NCBI GenBank assembly: GCA_963787045.1
Contig: CAWBBR010000010.1
Location: 7,742-71,741 of the forward strand
From: an uncultured Gammaproteobacteria bacterium
GTDB taxonomy: Bacteria; Pseudomonadota; Gammaproteobacteria; Pseudomonadales; Azotimanducaceae
DNA: 64,000 nt
Reading direction: 5' to 3'
Positions 1 to 10,259 of this stretch are shown in pieces. The notes under the pieces were generated by a model. That model was not told the origin of the DNA. It was given only the letters and a program-made list of their open reading frames with translations, and made no database searches. Positions within the stretch are counted from its first letter, which is position 1. The number at the start of each line of letters is the position of its first letter. A program made the position numbers and the translations under genes.

Positions 1-126
1 TGACATGCGCTTGCAGGAGTAGTCACGCGCTAGCGGCGAACAATGTGCCGCCGCGTGATCAGGTTGCAGCCGCGGTGGGCGCGACGCGACGCAATCGTTG
101 GGTCCGGGCTGCCCTTGGAGCAATCG

Positions 127-774
127 ATGCGAAGATCCACGAGTATCTGGGGACCGATGCTGTTGATCAGCGTGTACTACGCGCTAGCGATCATGGGCGC
201 GCTATGGCTCTCCAGCGAATTTCCGCTGATCGAACGTTATCTGCCGGTCGGCGGCATCGAAGAACTGGCGCAGCGCAACGCCGACGACTTCGAGACCGTC
301 AGCATGCCAGCAACGGAAATTCCGCTGGGCGGAGAAGAGTCGATCAAGCTCGCGTTCGCGATCGCGTGCACGCTGCTGTTGATGGTGCCGATTTCCTGGG
401 TCTATTTCGTCACGACCAAAGACAAAGAGGTAGATCGGTCGTTCGCGCACACGATCATGGTGTTGCCGGTCATCGTCGCCGGCATCGCGGCGATCGTGCA
501 CGGCAGCCTGCCGCTCGCGTTCAGTCTCGCGGGTGTGGTGGCCGCCGTCCGGTTCCGCTTCACGCTCGACGAACCCGCGCAGGCGCTCTACATCTTCATC
601 GCCATTGCCGTCGGCCTCGGCGCCGGCATCAGCGCGGTTGGTGTCGCATCGGTCGTGTCCATCGCCTTCGTGTACCTGACCCTGGTGCTGTGGAAACTCG
701 ACTACGGCGTCGATCTGAACACCCGCTTCTTCGCGTTCCTGACGGGGCGCGGGCGCGATGACAAAGAGCTGTGA
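127..774 (+). CDS. DUF4956-like polytopic membrane protein
   Basis: ORF 43..774. ATG at 127 gives ~215 aa with several hydrophobic helices and the RFRF / GLGAG segments typical of DUF4956 as I recall it. Family call is from memory only. Confidence 0.65.
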   Translation: MRRSTSIWGPMLLISVYYALAIMGALWLSSEFPLIERYLPVGGIEELAQRNADDFETVSMPATEIPLGGEESIKLAFAIACTLLLMVPISWVYFVTTKDKEVDRSFAHTIMVLPVIVAGIAAIVHGSLPLAFSLAGVVAAVRFRFTLDEPAQALYIFIAIAVGLGAGISAVGVASVVSIAFVYLTLVLWKLDYGVDLNTRFFAFLTGRGRDDKEL

Positions 775-1615
775 CCTCGTCGCGTGGCCGGCGATCGCGA
801 TGGTGCTGATGCTCGGCGCATCAGCGTGCGGAAAGGCCCCGTCGCATTCGTCCGATGCTTCGAGATTGCAAGCGCAGGACGCGGTCCGCTGGAACCTGCC
901 CAAGCGGCTCGACGAGATCTCCGGCCTCGCTCTCAGCGCCGATGACAGATTATTCGCGCACGATGACGAACGCGGCGTCATCTACGAGATCGACTGGCAC
1001 CGCGGTCGCATCGTCAAAGGGTTCGCACTCGGCGATCCACCGGTGAAGGACGACTTCGAAGGCATTGCGATCGCGGGTACGGACTTCTATCTCGTCACGA
1101 GCGGCGGCGTTCTTTATCGCGCCGATGAAGGGAACGACGGCGCGCACGTACCGTACGAACGCATCGACACCCGTAGCGGCCGACGCTGCGAGATCGAAGG
1201 GCTGGCGTACGACACGCGCCGAGCCGTACTGTTGCTCGGCTGTAAGACTCCTCGTGAGGCAGAACTGAAAGACCGCGTCACAGTCTTCGCGTGGTCGCCG
1301 GAACGACGTGCGATGGACGAACCGGCGTCGTTCTCCGTTCCGGAGCAGCCGTTCGCCGCGCCGCTCGAAACGCCGCACTTCAACCCATCCAGCGTCGAGG
1401 TTTCGCGCGATGGATCGCATCTCTATCTGCTCGCGGGGCGGCAACGCGCGCTCGCAGAAGTCGAATTGAACGGGAACGTCGTTGCGGTTACGCGGCTGTC
1501 GGAGAAACAGCATCGACAGCCGGAAGGTCTGGCCATAGGCCCTGAAGGAGAATTGATCATCGCCGACGAAGCCAGCGGCGAGAGGGGGACGCTTGCAGTC
1601 TACCGACGGCACTGA
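758..1615 (+). CDS. SdiA-regulated/YjiK-like beta-propeller lipoprotein
   Basis: 285-aa ORF. Lipoprotein signal with lipobox LGASAC. Repeated motifs (EISGLA, FEGIAI, EIEGLAY, PEGLAI) typical of the SdiA-regulated domain. Overlaps the upstream gene by 17 nt. Confidence 0.7.
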   Translation: MTKSCDLVAWPAIAMVLMLGASACGKAPSHSSDASRLQAQDAVRWNLPKRLDEISGLALSADDRLFAHDDERGVIYEIDWHRGRIVKGFALGDPPVKDDFEGIAIAGTDFYLVTSGGVLYRADEGNDGAHVPYERIDTRSGRRCEIEGLAYDTRRAVLLLGCKTPREAELKDRVTVFAWSPERRAMDEPASFSVPEQPFAAPLETPHFNPSSVEVSRDGSHLYLLAGRQRALAEVELNGNVVAVTRLSEKQHRQPEGLAIGPEGELIIADEASGERGTLAVYRRH

Positions 1616-2579
1616 GCAGGCGCGCGGCAGAACCTTGATTCTGATTCATGGCCGAGGCTTCAAGCCGGCACGCTCCGCTCTCGAAGCGCTATGGCTGAAC
1701 GCGCTGCGCACGGGTCTCGGCCGCGACGCGCCGGACACGCTATCGGAATTCCATCGCTGTCGCTGCGAACTCGTGTACTACGGCGACGAAATCAACGCCG
1801 TACTCGCGGCTCAAGGGCGACGTTACGACCCGTCGCTCGACCTAGCGGACCTGGAAAACACCCTGTCGGCGCTCGCCGTGCTGTCGAAATCCAGACAATT
1901 CCGTCGCGAACATTACGAACGTTTGCCGGGCAAAACCGCGCTCAAAGAGTTTCTCGCCGACGTCGGCGCGCCGGCGCTGTCGGCAATCGGTCTGAAGGAA
2001 CGCGCGCTCGCGCGCTTCATTCCGGAACTCGCAGACTACTGGCACTCCTCGGACAGCCGTCTGCGGCCGGTCGTAACGCGACTATGCGACGCGATCGCGA
2101 ATGCAATGGAACGCGGCGACGACGTTCTGTTGGTATCGCATTGTATCGGCTGCGTGGTTGCCTACGACGCGCTCTGGGCGCTGTCGCGTGGTGGCTACCG
2201 AGACGGTGGATGCGCGAACGGCAAGGTCACTACGTGGTTGACCATGGGCGCGCCGCTCGGTGACGAAAGTGTAAAACGGCGGCTCAATGGCGCCGACGCC
2301 GAAAGCTCCAGGCGGTACCCGAACAACATTCTGTCGTGGTTGAACGTTGCGGCGGAAGACGACTACGTTTGCCACGACGACCGTCTCGCAAATGACTACG
2401 CCGGTATGCTGGAGCAACGGTTGATCAGCCGCATCGAGGATGCGCGCATCTACAATCTGGCCGTTCGATACGGCCGGTCGAATCCGCACAACGCGTACGG
2501 CTATCTGACTCACCCGCGAGTGACGCGCGCCCTAGCAAAATGGTTGGGTCAGCCAATCGCGTCACAAACAGCGCGATGA
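1593..2579 (+). CDS. alpha/beta-hydrolase-fold protein of unknown function
   Basis: 328-aa ORF. LILIHGRGFKP oxyanion-type N-terminus. Nucleophile-elbow-like LVSHCIGCVVAYD. Confidence 0.6.
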   Translation: MQSTDGTEQARGRTLILIHGRGFKPARSALEALWLNALRTGLGRDAPDTLSEFHRCRCELVYYGDEINAVLAAQGRRYDPSLDLADLENTLSALAVLSKSRQFRREHYERLPGKTALKEFLADVGAPALSAIGLKERALARFIPELADYWHSSDSRLRPVVTRLCDAIANAMERGDDVLLVSHCIGCVVAYDALWALSRGGYRDGGCANGKVTTWLTMGAPLGDESVKRRLNGADAESSRRYPNNILSWLNVAAEDDYVCHDDRLANDYAGMLEQRLISRIEDARIYNLAVRYGRSNPHNAYGYLTHPRVTRALAKWLGQPIASQTAR

Positions 2580-3611
2580 CACCTTGCGCTTCAGATTTTC
2601 CGGGCTGTCGATGATCTCGTAGAACTCGTCGAGATAATTCGCGGTGCGTTCGATCGTAGCGGCGTCGAGTCGCGGGTCGTCTCTGAACAACGCATAGATG
2701 TCGGCGCGCGCTTCGCGGAAACGCTCGAGCGTGGCTTGCAGCGCCGCATCGGGCCTGCAGTATCCCCGATACAGACGTTGATGCACGCTGCCGATAGCGA
2801 GCCCTTCGGCCGGCCTGGCATACGGCGCCGCAACGATGCCGGTCGCATCGAAGTCGTACGGCACCGGCAGAACAGCACCGTTGGGAGCCGCGAGCAAGAC
2901 GACGTTGTGGCAACAGTCGTCGCCTTTCGGGCCACGGATCATCGAGAAGTCGGTGTTGCCCAGCAGGAACTCGAACACCTCGGCGAGATTCGCCTGCACC
3001 GGTTCCAGCTGCTCGCGCTCGATGCTATCGACCTTGGCAACCAGCATTTCGCGACGCTTCGCGAGCCACTCTTCCGGCTCGATCAGGAACGCCGCGTGCG
3101 TGCTGCGCTTGCCACTCTTCTCCGTATCGACGTACGTGACCTCGAGCGGCTGCACCCGCAGGCTGGTCGGAGAAATGCGATTGAAAACGCGGTACGCCAG
3201 CAATTCCAGTTCGACCCGGGTCGCGTAACCCGAACTCGTTTCGCCGATGCGGCCGCAGTGGGTGACCAGCTTGATCTTGTCGAGCCCGGAGAACGGTGTG
3301 CCGCTCGGTGCGTCTTTCGGAAAGTTCAGACGTAGTGGAGGAAACTTGCATGCAGCATCGTCGCGTCGCGACTTACCCCGCGGCTTGAGCTTCAGCGAAG
3401 TGCGAACCTCGGTGCCGGATGCATCCTTCCAGATCAGCACGCCGCTTTGATATGCCGGCTCTTCGCTGTCGTCAGACGCAAGGCGGCCCAACGGCGCCTC
3501 GAGGGTGACGGAAATCGCGTTGTCTTCCGCAAAGATCGGAACAGCCGCCCAGGCGGGGCCATACAACAGGACCACCGATAGCGCGAAGGTCTCACCGATC
3601 CGTTTGATCAT
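2562..3611 (-). CDS. secreted hypothetical protein
   Basis: ORF 2562..3662. Internal ATG at 3611 gives the signal peptide MIKRIGETFALSVVLLYGPAWA. Composition is not Arg-rich, so it looks coding. No family recognised. Confidence 0.6.
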   Translation of the reverse strand: MIKRIGETFALSVVLLYGPAWAAVPIFAEDNAISVTLEAPLGRLASDDSEEPAYQSGVLIWKDASGTEVRTSLKLKPRGKSRRDDAACKFPPLRLNFPKDAPSGTPFSGLDKIKLVTHCGRIGETSSGYATRVELELLAYRVFNRISPTSLRVQPLEVTYVDTEKSGKRSTHAAFLIEPEEWLAKRREMLVAKVDSIEREQLEPVQANLAEVFEFLLGNTDFSMIRGPKGDDCCHNVVLLAAPNGAVLPVPYDFDATGIVAAPYARPAEGLAIGSVHQRLYRGYCRPDAALQATLERFREARADIYALFRDDPRLDAATIERTANYLDEFYEIIDSPENLKRKVSSRCL

Positions 3612-3802
3612 GCGCGCGGCCGCTCGTCGACGGCTGAGTGTAGTCTTCGACGAAGTGCCCACACCAATGCTATTGGACTACTCACAGTTGCTCGTCCAAG
3701 GATCGTCGCCGGTGATAATGCTAAGCGTCTCGTCGCACGACTTGCGTCCGCCGTCTGCCCGCTGCACGCTGCGGGGCGATGTCGTAACGAACGAACGTGG
3801 TG

Positions 3803-4297
3803 ATGAGTTCAGACGCCGTACGCGAGTTGGAAGTCGTCCGGGAAGTACTCGCAACGACCACGCCGGACGCGAACCTGCTGCTACCGGCGTTGCTCGAGGT
3901 GCAGCACAGACTGGGGCACGTCTCGAATGCCTGTATCGCGGCAGCGGCGCAACACTTCAACCTGTCGCGCGCCGACGTGTACGGCGTTGCGACCTTCTAT
4001 CACGACCTGCGTGCCGAGCCCGCGGGCGATCATCTGATCCAGATCTGTCAGGCCGAAGCGTGTCAGGCGGTGGGTTGCCGCGCACTCGCGTCGCACGCCG
4101 AACGTCGCCTCGGCGTGACAATGGGAACAACTTCGCCGGACCGGCGGGTGACGCTGGAGAAGGCATATTGCTTCGGCAATTGCGCGTGCGGGCCGACGGT
4201 GCGCATCGACGACGCGATTCACGGTCGAGTCACTCCCGAGCGATTCGACGCGCTCGTCGCCGCGCTCGCCAATGGATTGGACGGCGCTCGACCATGA
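3803..4297 (+). CDS. fdsG: NAD-dependent formate dehydrogenase gamma subunit (NuoE-like 2Fe-2S)
   Basis: ORF 3797..4297. Cys pattern CQAEACQ...CFGNCACGP of the NuoE/FdsG family. Its stop overlaps the next ATG (ATGA at 4294-4297). Confidence 0.85.
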   Translation: MSSDAVRELEVVREVLATTTPDANLLLPALLEVQHRLGHVSNACIAAAAQHFNLSRADVYGVATFYHDLRAEPAGDHLIQICQAEACQAVGCRALASHAERRLGVTMGTTSPDRRVTLEKAYCFGNCACGPTVRIDDAIHGRVTPERFDALVAALANGLDGARP

Positions 4298-5848
4298 CGT
4301 CACGCATCTTCGTACCAAACGACACGAGTGCGTGCTCGCTGGGCGCGGACGCCGTGGCCGTCGCGGTCGAAGCTGCGCTGGCGACCAACGGCATCGACGC
4401 GCGCGTGATCCGCAACGGTTCGCGCGGCGCGTACGCGCTGGAACCGTTGGTGGAAGTGGAGACAGCCGACGGACGTATCGGCTTTCCGCGTGTAATGCCC
4501 AGACAGGTTGCGGAACTGTTTGCCGGCCGCGAGCCGGACCGGCAGTCACGCGTCGTGCATCGGCCTCGTCGACGATGTGCCGTTCCTGAAAAGCCAGATG
4601 CGTCTGACGTTCGCACGCGCCGGCGTGATCGATCCGCTCGATCTCGATGCCTATCGCGCCAACGGTGGGTTCGAGGGGCTGGCGCACGCTCGGGCGCTTA
4701 CGGCGACACAGATCGTGGATGAGGTACGCACGTCCGGATTGCGCGGTCGCGGCGGCGCGGCCTTCCCGGCCGCAGTGAAGTGGCAAACCGTTCTCGACGC
4801 GAAAGATCCGGTGAAGTACGTCGTGTGCAATGCGGACGAGGGCGATTCCGGAACCTTTGCGGACCGGTTGTTGATCGAAGCGGATCCGTTTCAACTGATT
4901 GAAGGCATGCTGATCGCCGCGATCGCTACCGGCGCGGCGCAGGGCTACGTGTACTTGCGTTCCGAGTATCCGCGTGCGCGCGACGTATTCGCGCGCGCGT
5001 TGACCGCGGCTCGCCGCGCGGGCGTGCTCGGTCGCGACGCGTGCGGCGCAGGTCGGCCGTTCGACATCGAGTTGCGGATGGGCGCCGGCGCGTACATATG
5101 CGGCGAAGAGACGTCGCTGCTCGAGAGTCTCGAAGGAAAGCGCGGCCTCGTCCGCTTCAAACCGCCGGTGCCGGCAATCAGCGGGTTGTTCGGCAAACCG
5201 ACGCTGATCCACAACGTGCTCACCCTCGCGGCGGTAACGACCATCCTCAGCCGCGGTGGCAACGCTTACGCGGCGCTCGGCACCGGGCGGTCGCGCGGCA
5301 CGATGCCGTTCCAGCTCGGCGGCAACATCGCAAACGGCGGCATCGTCGAATTGCCGTTCGGTGAGAGTGTGCGCAACGTGCTGCAGGAATTCGGCGGCGG
5401 CAGCCGTTCCGGAAGACCGTTGCGCGCGGTTCAGATCGGCGGACCACTCGGCGCATATCTGCCGCAGTCGCTCTGGGATACGCCGCTCGACTACGAAGCG
5501 TTCGCGGCGCACTCCGCCATGCTCGGGCACGGCGGCATCGTCGCATTCGACGACACCGTCGATCTCGGCGAGCAGGCGCAGTTCGCGATGCAGTTCTGCG
5601 CGCACGAATCGTGCGGCAAGTGCACGCCGTGCCGGATCGGCTCGGTGCGCGGCGTCGAAGTGATCGAGCGGATCCGTCGCGGCGAACGCACCGACGCGAA
5701 CGTTGCATTGCTCGAAGATCTGTGCGAAACGATGGAGACCGGTTCTTTGTGTGCGCTGGGTGGACTCACGCCGATGCCCGTTCGCAGCATTCTCAAACAC
5801 TTTCCCGGCGACATGATCCGCGGTGTGAAAGGTCCTGTTTCGCCATGA
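4294..5848 (+). pseudogene. fdsB: formate dehydrogenase beta subunit (NuoF-like), interrupted by an apparent 1-nt frameshift near 4525-4545
   Basis: The N-terminus MTSRIFVPNDTSACSLGADAV...AELFAG reads in frame 1. From ..HASCIGLVDDVPFLKSQMRLTFARAG onward it reads in frame 2 (ORF 4508..5848), including SGLRGRGGAAFP, GAGAYICGEETSLLESLEG and CGKCTPCR. Confidence 0.85.
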
Positions 5849-8637
5849 ACGCGGCCGATCACGTGCACCGCGACCTCGGCACGCCTGCCACTACGTCTGA
5901 CCGCTCCGTGCGTCTCACCATCGACGGCATCGCCGTCGAAGCCGCCGAAGGTACGTCGGTGTTGCGCGCGGCGTTGGCGGCCGGCATCGGCATTCCGAAA
6001 CTGTGCGCCACCGATTCGCTCGCCCCTTTCGGCTCGTGTCGGGTCTGCCTCGTGGAGATTCAGGGGCGCAAAGGTACGCCTGCGTCGTGCACCACCCCGG
6101 TCGAGGCCGGCATGGTCGTGCGCACCCAAACGGAGACGTTGGCGCGCGTGCGGAAAGGCGTGCTCGAACTGTACATTTCCGACCATCCGCTCGATTGTCT
6201 GACCTGTGCCGCCAATGGCGACTGCGAGTTGCAGGACGTTGCGGGCGAAGTCGGGCTGCGCGACGTGCGCTACGGCATCGCCGGCGCGAATCATCTCGGC
6301 CAGGCGAAGGACGTATCGAATCCGTACTTCGCTTTCGATCCGTCGAAGTGCATCGTCTGCTCGCGTTGCGTGCGCGCGTGCGAAGAGGTGCAAGGAACGT
6401 TTGCGCTCACCGTGGCCGGCCGCGGTTTCGACTCCGCCATTGCCGCGAGCGCGGCCGACCCTTTCATCGACTCCGAATGCGTATCGTGCGGCGCGTGCGT
6501 TCAGGCGTGCCCCACCGCCACGCTGATCGAGAAATCCGTCGTCGAGCACGGCCAGCCCGATCGCGTCGTGAAGACGACGTGCGCTTACTGCGGCGTCGGC
6601 TGTTCGTTCAAAGCGGAGCTGAAAGGCGACCAGCTGATCCGCATGGAGCCCGATCCCGACGGCGGCGCGAACCACGGCCACTCGTGCGTGAAGGGGCGTT
6701 TCGCGTGGGGTTACGCCACGCACCGCGACCGCGTGTTGAAACCGCTGGTACGCGAACACATCGACGAGCCGTGGCGCGAGGCGTCGTGGGACGAAGCGAT
6801 CGGCTTCGCTGCGCAGCGATTCCGCGCAATCGCAGATCGATACGGGCGTCATTCGATCGGCGGCATTTCGTCGTCGCGCTGTACGAACGAAGAAGTGTTC
6901 GTCGTGCAGAAGCTGGTGCGCGCTGCGTTCGGCAACAACAACATCGATACGTGCGCGCGCGTCTGCCACTCGCCGACCGGATATGGACTCAAGCAGACGT
7001 TCGGTACGTCGGCCGGTACGCAGGATTTCCAGTCTGTCGATCAGGCCGACGTCGTCATGGTGATCGGCGCCAATCCCACCGACGCGCATCCGGTGTTCGC
7101 GTCGCGCCTCAAGCGACGGCTGCGCCAAGGGGCGCAATTGATCGTCGCCGATCCGCGCCGCATCGACCTGGTCCGCAGCGCGCACGTCGAAGCGCGCCAT
7201 CATCTGCAGTTGCGTCCCGGCACGAACGTCGCGCTGATCAACGCGCTCGCGCACGTCGTCGTCTCTGAAGGTCTTGTCGATGAAGCCTTCGTCGCCGAAC
7301 GGTGCGAGCGCGAGTCGTTCGAGCGCTGGCGAACGTTCATCGCCGCGCAGGAACACTCGCCGGAAGCATCCGAACCGTTCACCGGCGTGCCGGCCGACGA
7401 ACTGCGGCGCGCGGCGCGCCTCTATGCGAGCGCGCGCAACGCCACCATCTATTACGGCCTCGGCGTTACCGAACACAGCCAGGGCAGCACGATGGTCATG
7501 GGGCTCGCGAACCTCGCGATGGCCACCGGCAACATCGGTCGCGACGGCGTCGGCGTGAATCCGTTGCGCGGCCAGAACAACGTTCAGGGCGCGTGCGACA
7601 TGGGGTCGTTTCCGCACGAGTTTTCCGGGTATCGCCACATTTCCGACGACGCGGTGCGCGGCTCGTTCGAATCGCACTGGCACGTACAACTCGACGCCGA
7701 ACCGGGCTTGCGCATCCCGAACATGCTGTCGCAGGCGATCGGCGGCGAGTTTCGCGGCCTGTTCATCCAGGGCGAGGATCTGGCGCAGTCCGATCCGAAT
7801 ACGCAGCACGTCGCCGATGCGCTGCGATCGCTCGACTGCCTCGTGGTGCAGGACCTGTTCCACAACGAGACGTCGAAGTTCGCCCACGTCTTCCTGCCCG
7901 GCACGTCGTTCCTCGAAAAGGACGGTACGTACACCAACGCCGAACGCCGCATCAACCGCGTGCGTCCGGTGATGGCCGCCAAGGCCGGGCTCAGCGAGTG
8001 GGAAACCGTCGGTCGGCTGGCCACCGCGATGGGCTATCCAATGCACTACGACAACGCCGCGCAGATCATGGACGAGATCGCCGCGCTAACGCCGACGTTC
8101 AGGGGCGTTTCGTTCGAGAAACTCGATCGCGAGGGCGGCATGCAGTGGCCGGTAACCGATGCGTCGTCGCCCGGCACGCGGATTCTGCACGAAGCCGCTT
8201 TCGTACGGGGCAAAGGCAAATTCTTCCTCACGCGCTACGTGCCCACCGACGAACGCGCCAACCGTCGTTATCCGTTGTTGCTGACCACCGGCCGCATCCT
8301 GAGCCAGTACAACGTCGGCACGCAGACGCGGCGCACCGCAAACGTCGCATGGCACGCCCGCGACGTGCTCGAGATGCATCCGCACGATGCCGAACTGCGC
8401 GGTATCGTCGACGGCGATCCGGTGCTGCTGTCGAGCCGCAAAGGTTCTACGACGTTGGCTGCACAGGTGACCGATCGCGTTACGGAAGGCGTGGTCTATA
8501 CGACATTCCACCATCCGGGCACGGCCGCGAACGTGGTCACCACCGAAAACTCCGACTGGGCGACCAACTGTCCCGAATACAAAGTCACCGCCGTCGAAGT
8601 GCGCCCGACGAACGAACCGCTCGGACAAGATGACTGA
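5845..8637 (+). CDS. fdsA: formate dehydrogenase alpha (molybdopterin) subunit
   Basis: ATG at 5845 overlaps the fdsB stop (ATGA). N-terminal 2Fe-2S and 4Fe-4S Cys clusters, then a molybdopterin oxidoreductase body (930 aa) within ORF 5611..8637. Confidence 0.9.
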   Translation: MNAADHVHRDLGTPATTSDRSVRLTIDGIAVEAAEGTSVLRAALAAGIGIPKLCATDSLAPFGSCRVCLVEIQGRKGTPASCTTPVEAGMVVRTQTETLARVRKGVLELYISDHPLDCLTCAANGDCELQDVAGEVGLRDVRYGIAGANHLGQAKDVSNPYFAFDPSKCIVCSRCVRACEEVQGTFALTVAGRGFDSAIAASAADPFIDSECVSCGACVQACPTATLIEKSVVEHGQPDRVVKTTCAYCGVGCSFKAELKGDQLIRMEPDPDGGANHGHSCVKGRFAWGYATHRDRVLKPLVREHIDEPWREASWDEAIGFAAQRFRAIADRYGRHSIGGISSSRCTNEEVFVVQKLVRAAFGNNNIDTCARVCHSPTGYGLKQTFGTSAGTQDFQSVDQADVVMVIGANPTDAHPVFASRLKRRLRQGAQLIVADPRRIDLVRSAHVEARHHLQLRPGTNVALINALAHVVVSEGLVDEAFVAERCERESFERWRTFIAAQEHSPEASEPFTGVPADELRRAARLYASARNATIYYGLGVTEHSQGSTMVMGLANLAMATGNIGRDGVGVNPLRGQNNVQGACDMGSFPHEFSGYRHISDDAVRGSFESHWHVQLDAEPGLRIPNMLSQAIGGEFRGLFIQGEDLAQSDPNTQHVADALRSLDCLVVQDLFHNETSKFAHVFLPGTSFLEKDGTYTNAERRINRVRPVMAAKAGLSEWETVGRLATAMGYPMHYDNAAQIMDEIAALTPTFRGVSFEKLDREGGMQWPVTDASSPGTRILHEAAFVRGKGKFFLTRYVPTDERANRRYPLLLTTGRILSQYNVGTQTRRTANVAWHARDVLEMHPHDAELRGIVDGDPVLLSSRKGSTTLAAQVTDRVTEGVVYTTFHHPGTAANVVTTENSDWATNCPEYKVTAVEVRPTNEPLGQDD

Positions 8638-9424
8638 CAGTCCGCCGCGGCAGCCCGTCGTCGAACGGCGGGTAACCTCCACCGGCAGCGACGTGCAAGC
8701 GTGGGGCATCGCGGTCGAAACGCCGGTCGAGATCGGCATCAACGGCGCGCCGTGGACCGTAATGATGGCGACGCCGACCGATCTCGAAGACCTCGCGATC
8801 GGGCTGGCGCTGACCGAGCGCGTCGTGAGCGACATCAACGCCGTAGAGCGCATCACCGTGTCGAACTACCTCGAAGGCATCGTCGTCGATCTGACCGTTC
8901 CGTTGCACGCGGTGAACGAATCCGCCCGCAACCGCCGCTCGCTCGAAGGCAGGATCGGTTGCGGTCTTTGCGGCGTGGAGGCGCTCGCCGGCCTTCCATC
9001 GCGCCCCACCCGTGTCGTTGGCACGCGCGGCTCGGTCGGCGCAGACGCGGTGCAGCGCGCATTCGCGGAGCTGTCGGCATTGCAACCACTGAACCTGGCG
9101 ACGCATTCCGTGCACGCGGCCGCGTGGTGTCGGACCGATGGTCGCATCGAACTGGTTCGCGAAGACGTGGGACGCCACAACGCGCTGGACAAGCTGATCG
9201 GCGCGCGCGTTCGTGCCGGCCACATCGACGCTCCCGGATTCATCGCGATGACGAGCCGCTGCAGTTTCGAACTGGTGTACAAAGCGGCCGCAACGCGCGC
9301 AGGCGCGCTGGCGACGATCTCCGCCCCGACCAGCCTCGCGCTCGAATGGGCCGAAATGCTCGACCTGCCGCTGATGTGTCGCGGCGCCGGCGATTCCATC
9401 GTGGCGTTTGCGCCGGCCAGGTAG
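8630..9424 (+). CDS. fdhD: formate dehydrogenase accessory sulfurtransferase FdhD
   Basis: 264-aa ORF with MATPxDLEDLAIG, GCGLCG and EDVGRHNALDK motifs. Overlaps fdsA by 8 nt. Confidence 0.9.
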   Translation: MTDSPPRQPVVERRVTSTGSDVQAWGIAVETPVEIGINGAPWTVMMATPTDLEDLAIGLALTERVVSDINAVERITVSNYLEGIVVDLTVPLHAVNESARNRRSLEGRIGCGLCGVEALAGLPSRPTRVVGTRGSVGADAVQRAFAELSALQPLNLATHSVHAAAWCRTDGRIELVREDVGRHNALDKLIGARVRAGHIDAPGFIAMTSRCSFELVYKAAATRAGALATISAPTSLALEWAEMLDLPLMCRGAGDSIVAFAPAR

Positions 9425-9426
9425 CC

Positions 9427-9645
9427 ATGCAGCAGGAAGATCTCGTTCGCATGATCAATCAGATCGCCGATTTCTTCGACGCGTATCCGGAGCCCGAAGC
9501 GGTAGCCGGCGTGGCGGAACATTTACGCAAATTCTGGGATCCGGCGATGCGGCGAGAATTGCTCGACGCGCGCGAAACGCTGCACGATCGGCTGCATCCG
9601 GTGGCGCGCCGGGCGCTGGCCGGACTTGCCGAAACGACGCCGTGA
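9427..9645 (+). CDS. fdsD: formate dehydrogenase delta subunit
   Basis: 72-aa reading frame MQQEDLVRMINQIADFFDAYPEPEAVAGVAEHLRKFWDP, in frame within ORF 8701..9645, directly after fdhD. Confidence 0.8.
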   Translation: MQQEDLVRMINQIADFFDAYPEPEAVAGVAEHLRKFWDPAMRRELLDARETLHDRLHPVARRALAGLAETTP

Positions 9646-10259
9646 TTCGAACCGGCGACGTCACCGGCCTGATTCTCTGCGGCGGCGCCGGCGCGCGTCT
9701 CGGCGGCCTCGACAAACCGTTGGAGCTCCTCGGCGGCGTTCCGCTCGTCGAGCACGTTCGGGAACGGCTGCGCCCGCAGGTCGCCCGGATCCTGATCAGC
9801 TGCAATCGCAATTTCGACGACTACCGTCGCTGGCACGACACGATCGTTGCCGACGAGACCGCCAGCCGCGGTCCGTTGGGCGGAATCCTCGCGGGCCTGA
9901 ATCTCGCCGACACCGACTATCTGTTCGTCTGTCCCGGCGACGCACCTTTTCTATCGACCACGCTCATCGAGCGTCTGACGTCTGCGCTCGACCGCGACGC
10001 GGTCGATATCGCGATGCCGCGCGACGGCACACGCAGGCAACACCTGTTCGCGTTGATGCGGCGTACGCTGGCAGGTGCACTCAGCGACTATCTCGAGTCC
10101 GGCGGGCGTTCGATGCACGAATTCGTCGACCTGCAGCGCACGATCGTCGTCGATGCATCGGACGCGCGCGACGCGTTCTTCAACGTCAATTCACCGGCAG
10201 ATCTGCGCGCCGCCGAAGCGATCCTGCGGCGCAACAGGCTCTCGACTACTCCCGACTGA
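9642..10259 (+). CDS. mobA: molybdenum cofactor guanylyltransferase
   Basis: GTG at 9642 overlaps the fdsD stop (GTGA). LILCGGAGARLGG, GPLGG and CPGDAPF motifs within ORF 9408..10259. Confidence 0.85.
   Translation: MIRTGDVTGLILCGGAGARLGGLDKPLELLGGVPLVEHVRERLRPQVARILISCNRNFDDYRRWHDTIVADETASRGPLGGILAGLNLADTDYLFVCPGDAPFLSTTLIERLTSALDRDAVDIAMPRDGTRRQHLFALMRRTLAGALSDYLESGGRSMHEFVDLQRTIVVDASDARDAFFNVNSPADLRAAEAILRRNRLSTTPD

Noticed and set aside
3664-3676. CCAATgctATTGG palindrome upstream of fdsG, considered as a possible operator
   Set aside because: It is short (5-bp arms) with no known matching consensus that I can name, and it lies 127 nt from the start. The evidence is insufficient.
3881-8046. 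Very long antisense ORFs (3881..5800 at 639 aa, 5491..8046 at 851 aa). Similar cases are 14140..15798, 20316..21215, 51296..53188, 53270..55159 and 63092..63997.
   Set aside because: They are Arg/Ala/Gly-rich and motif-free, and lie exactly opposite well-supported genes. This is the usual stop-codon-poor antisense artefact of ~67% GC DNA.
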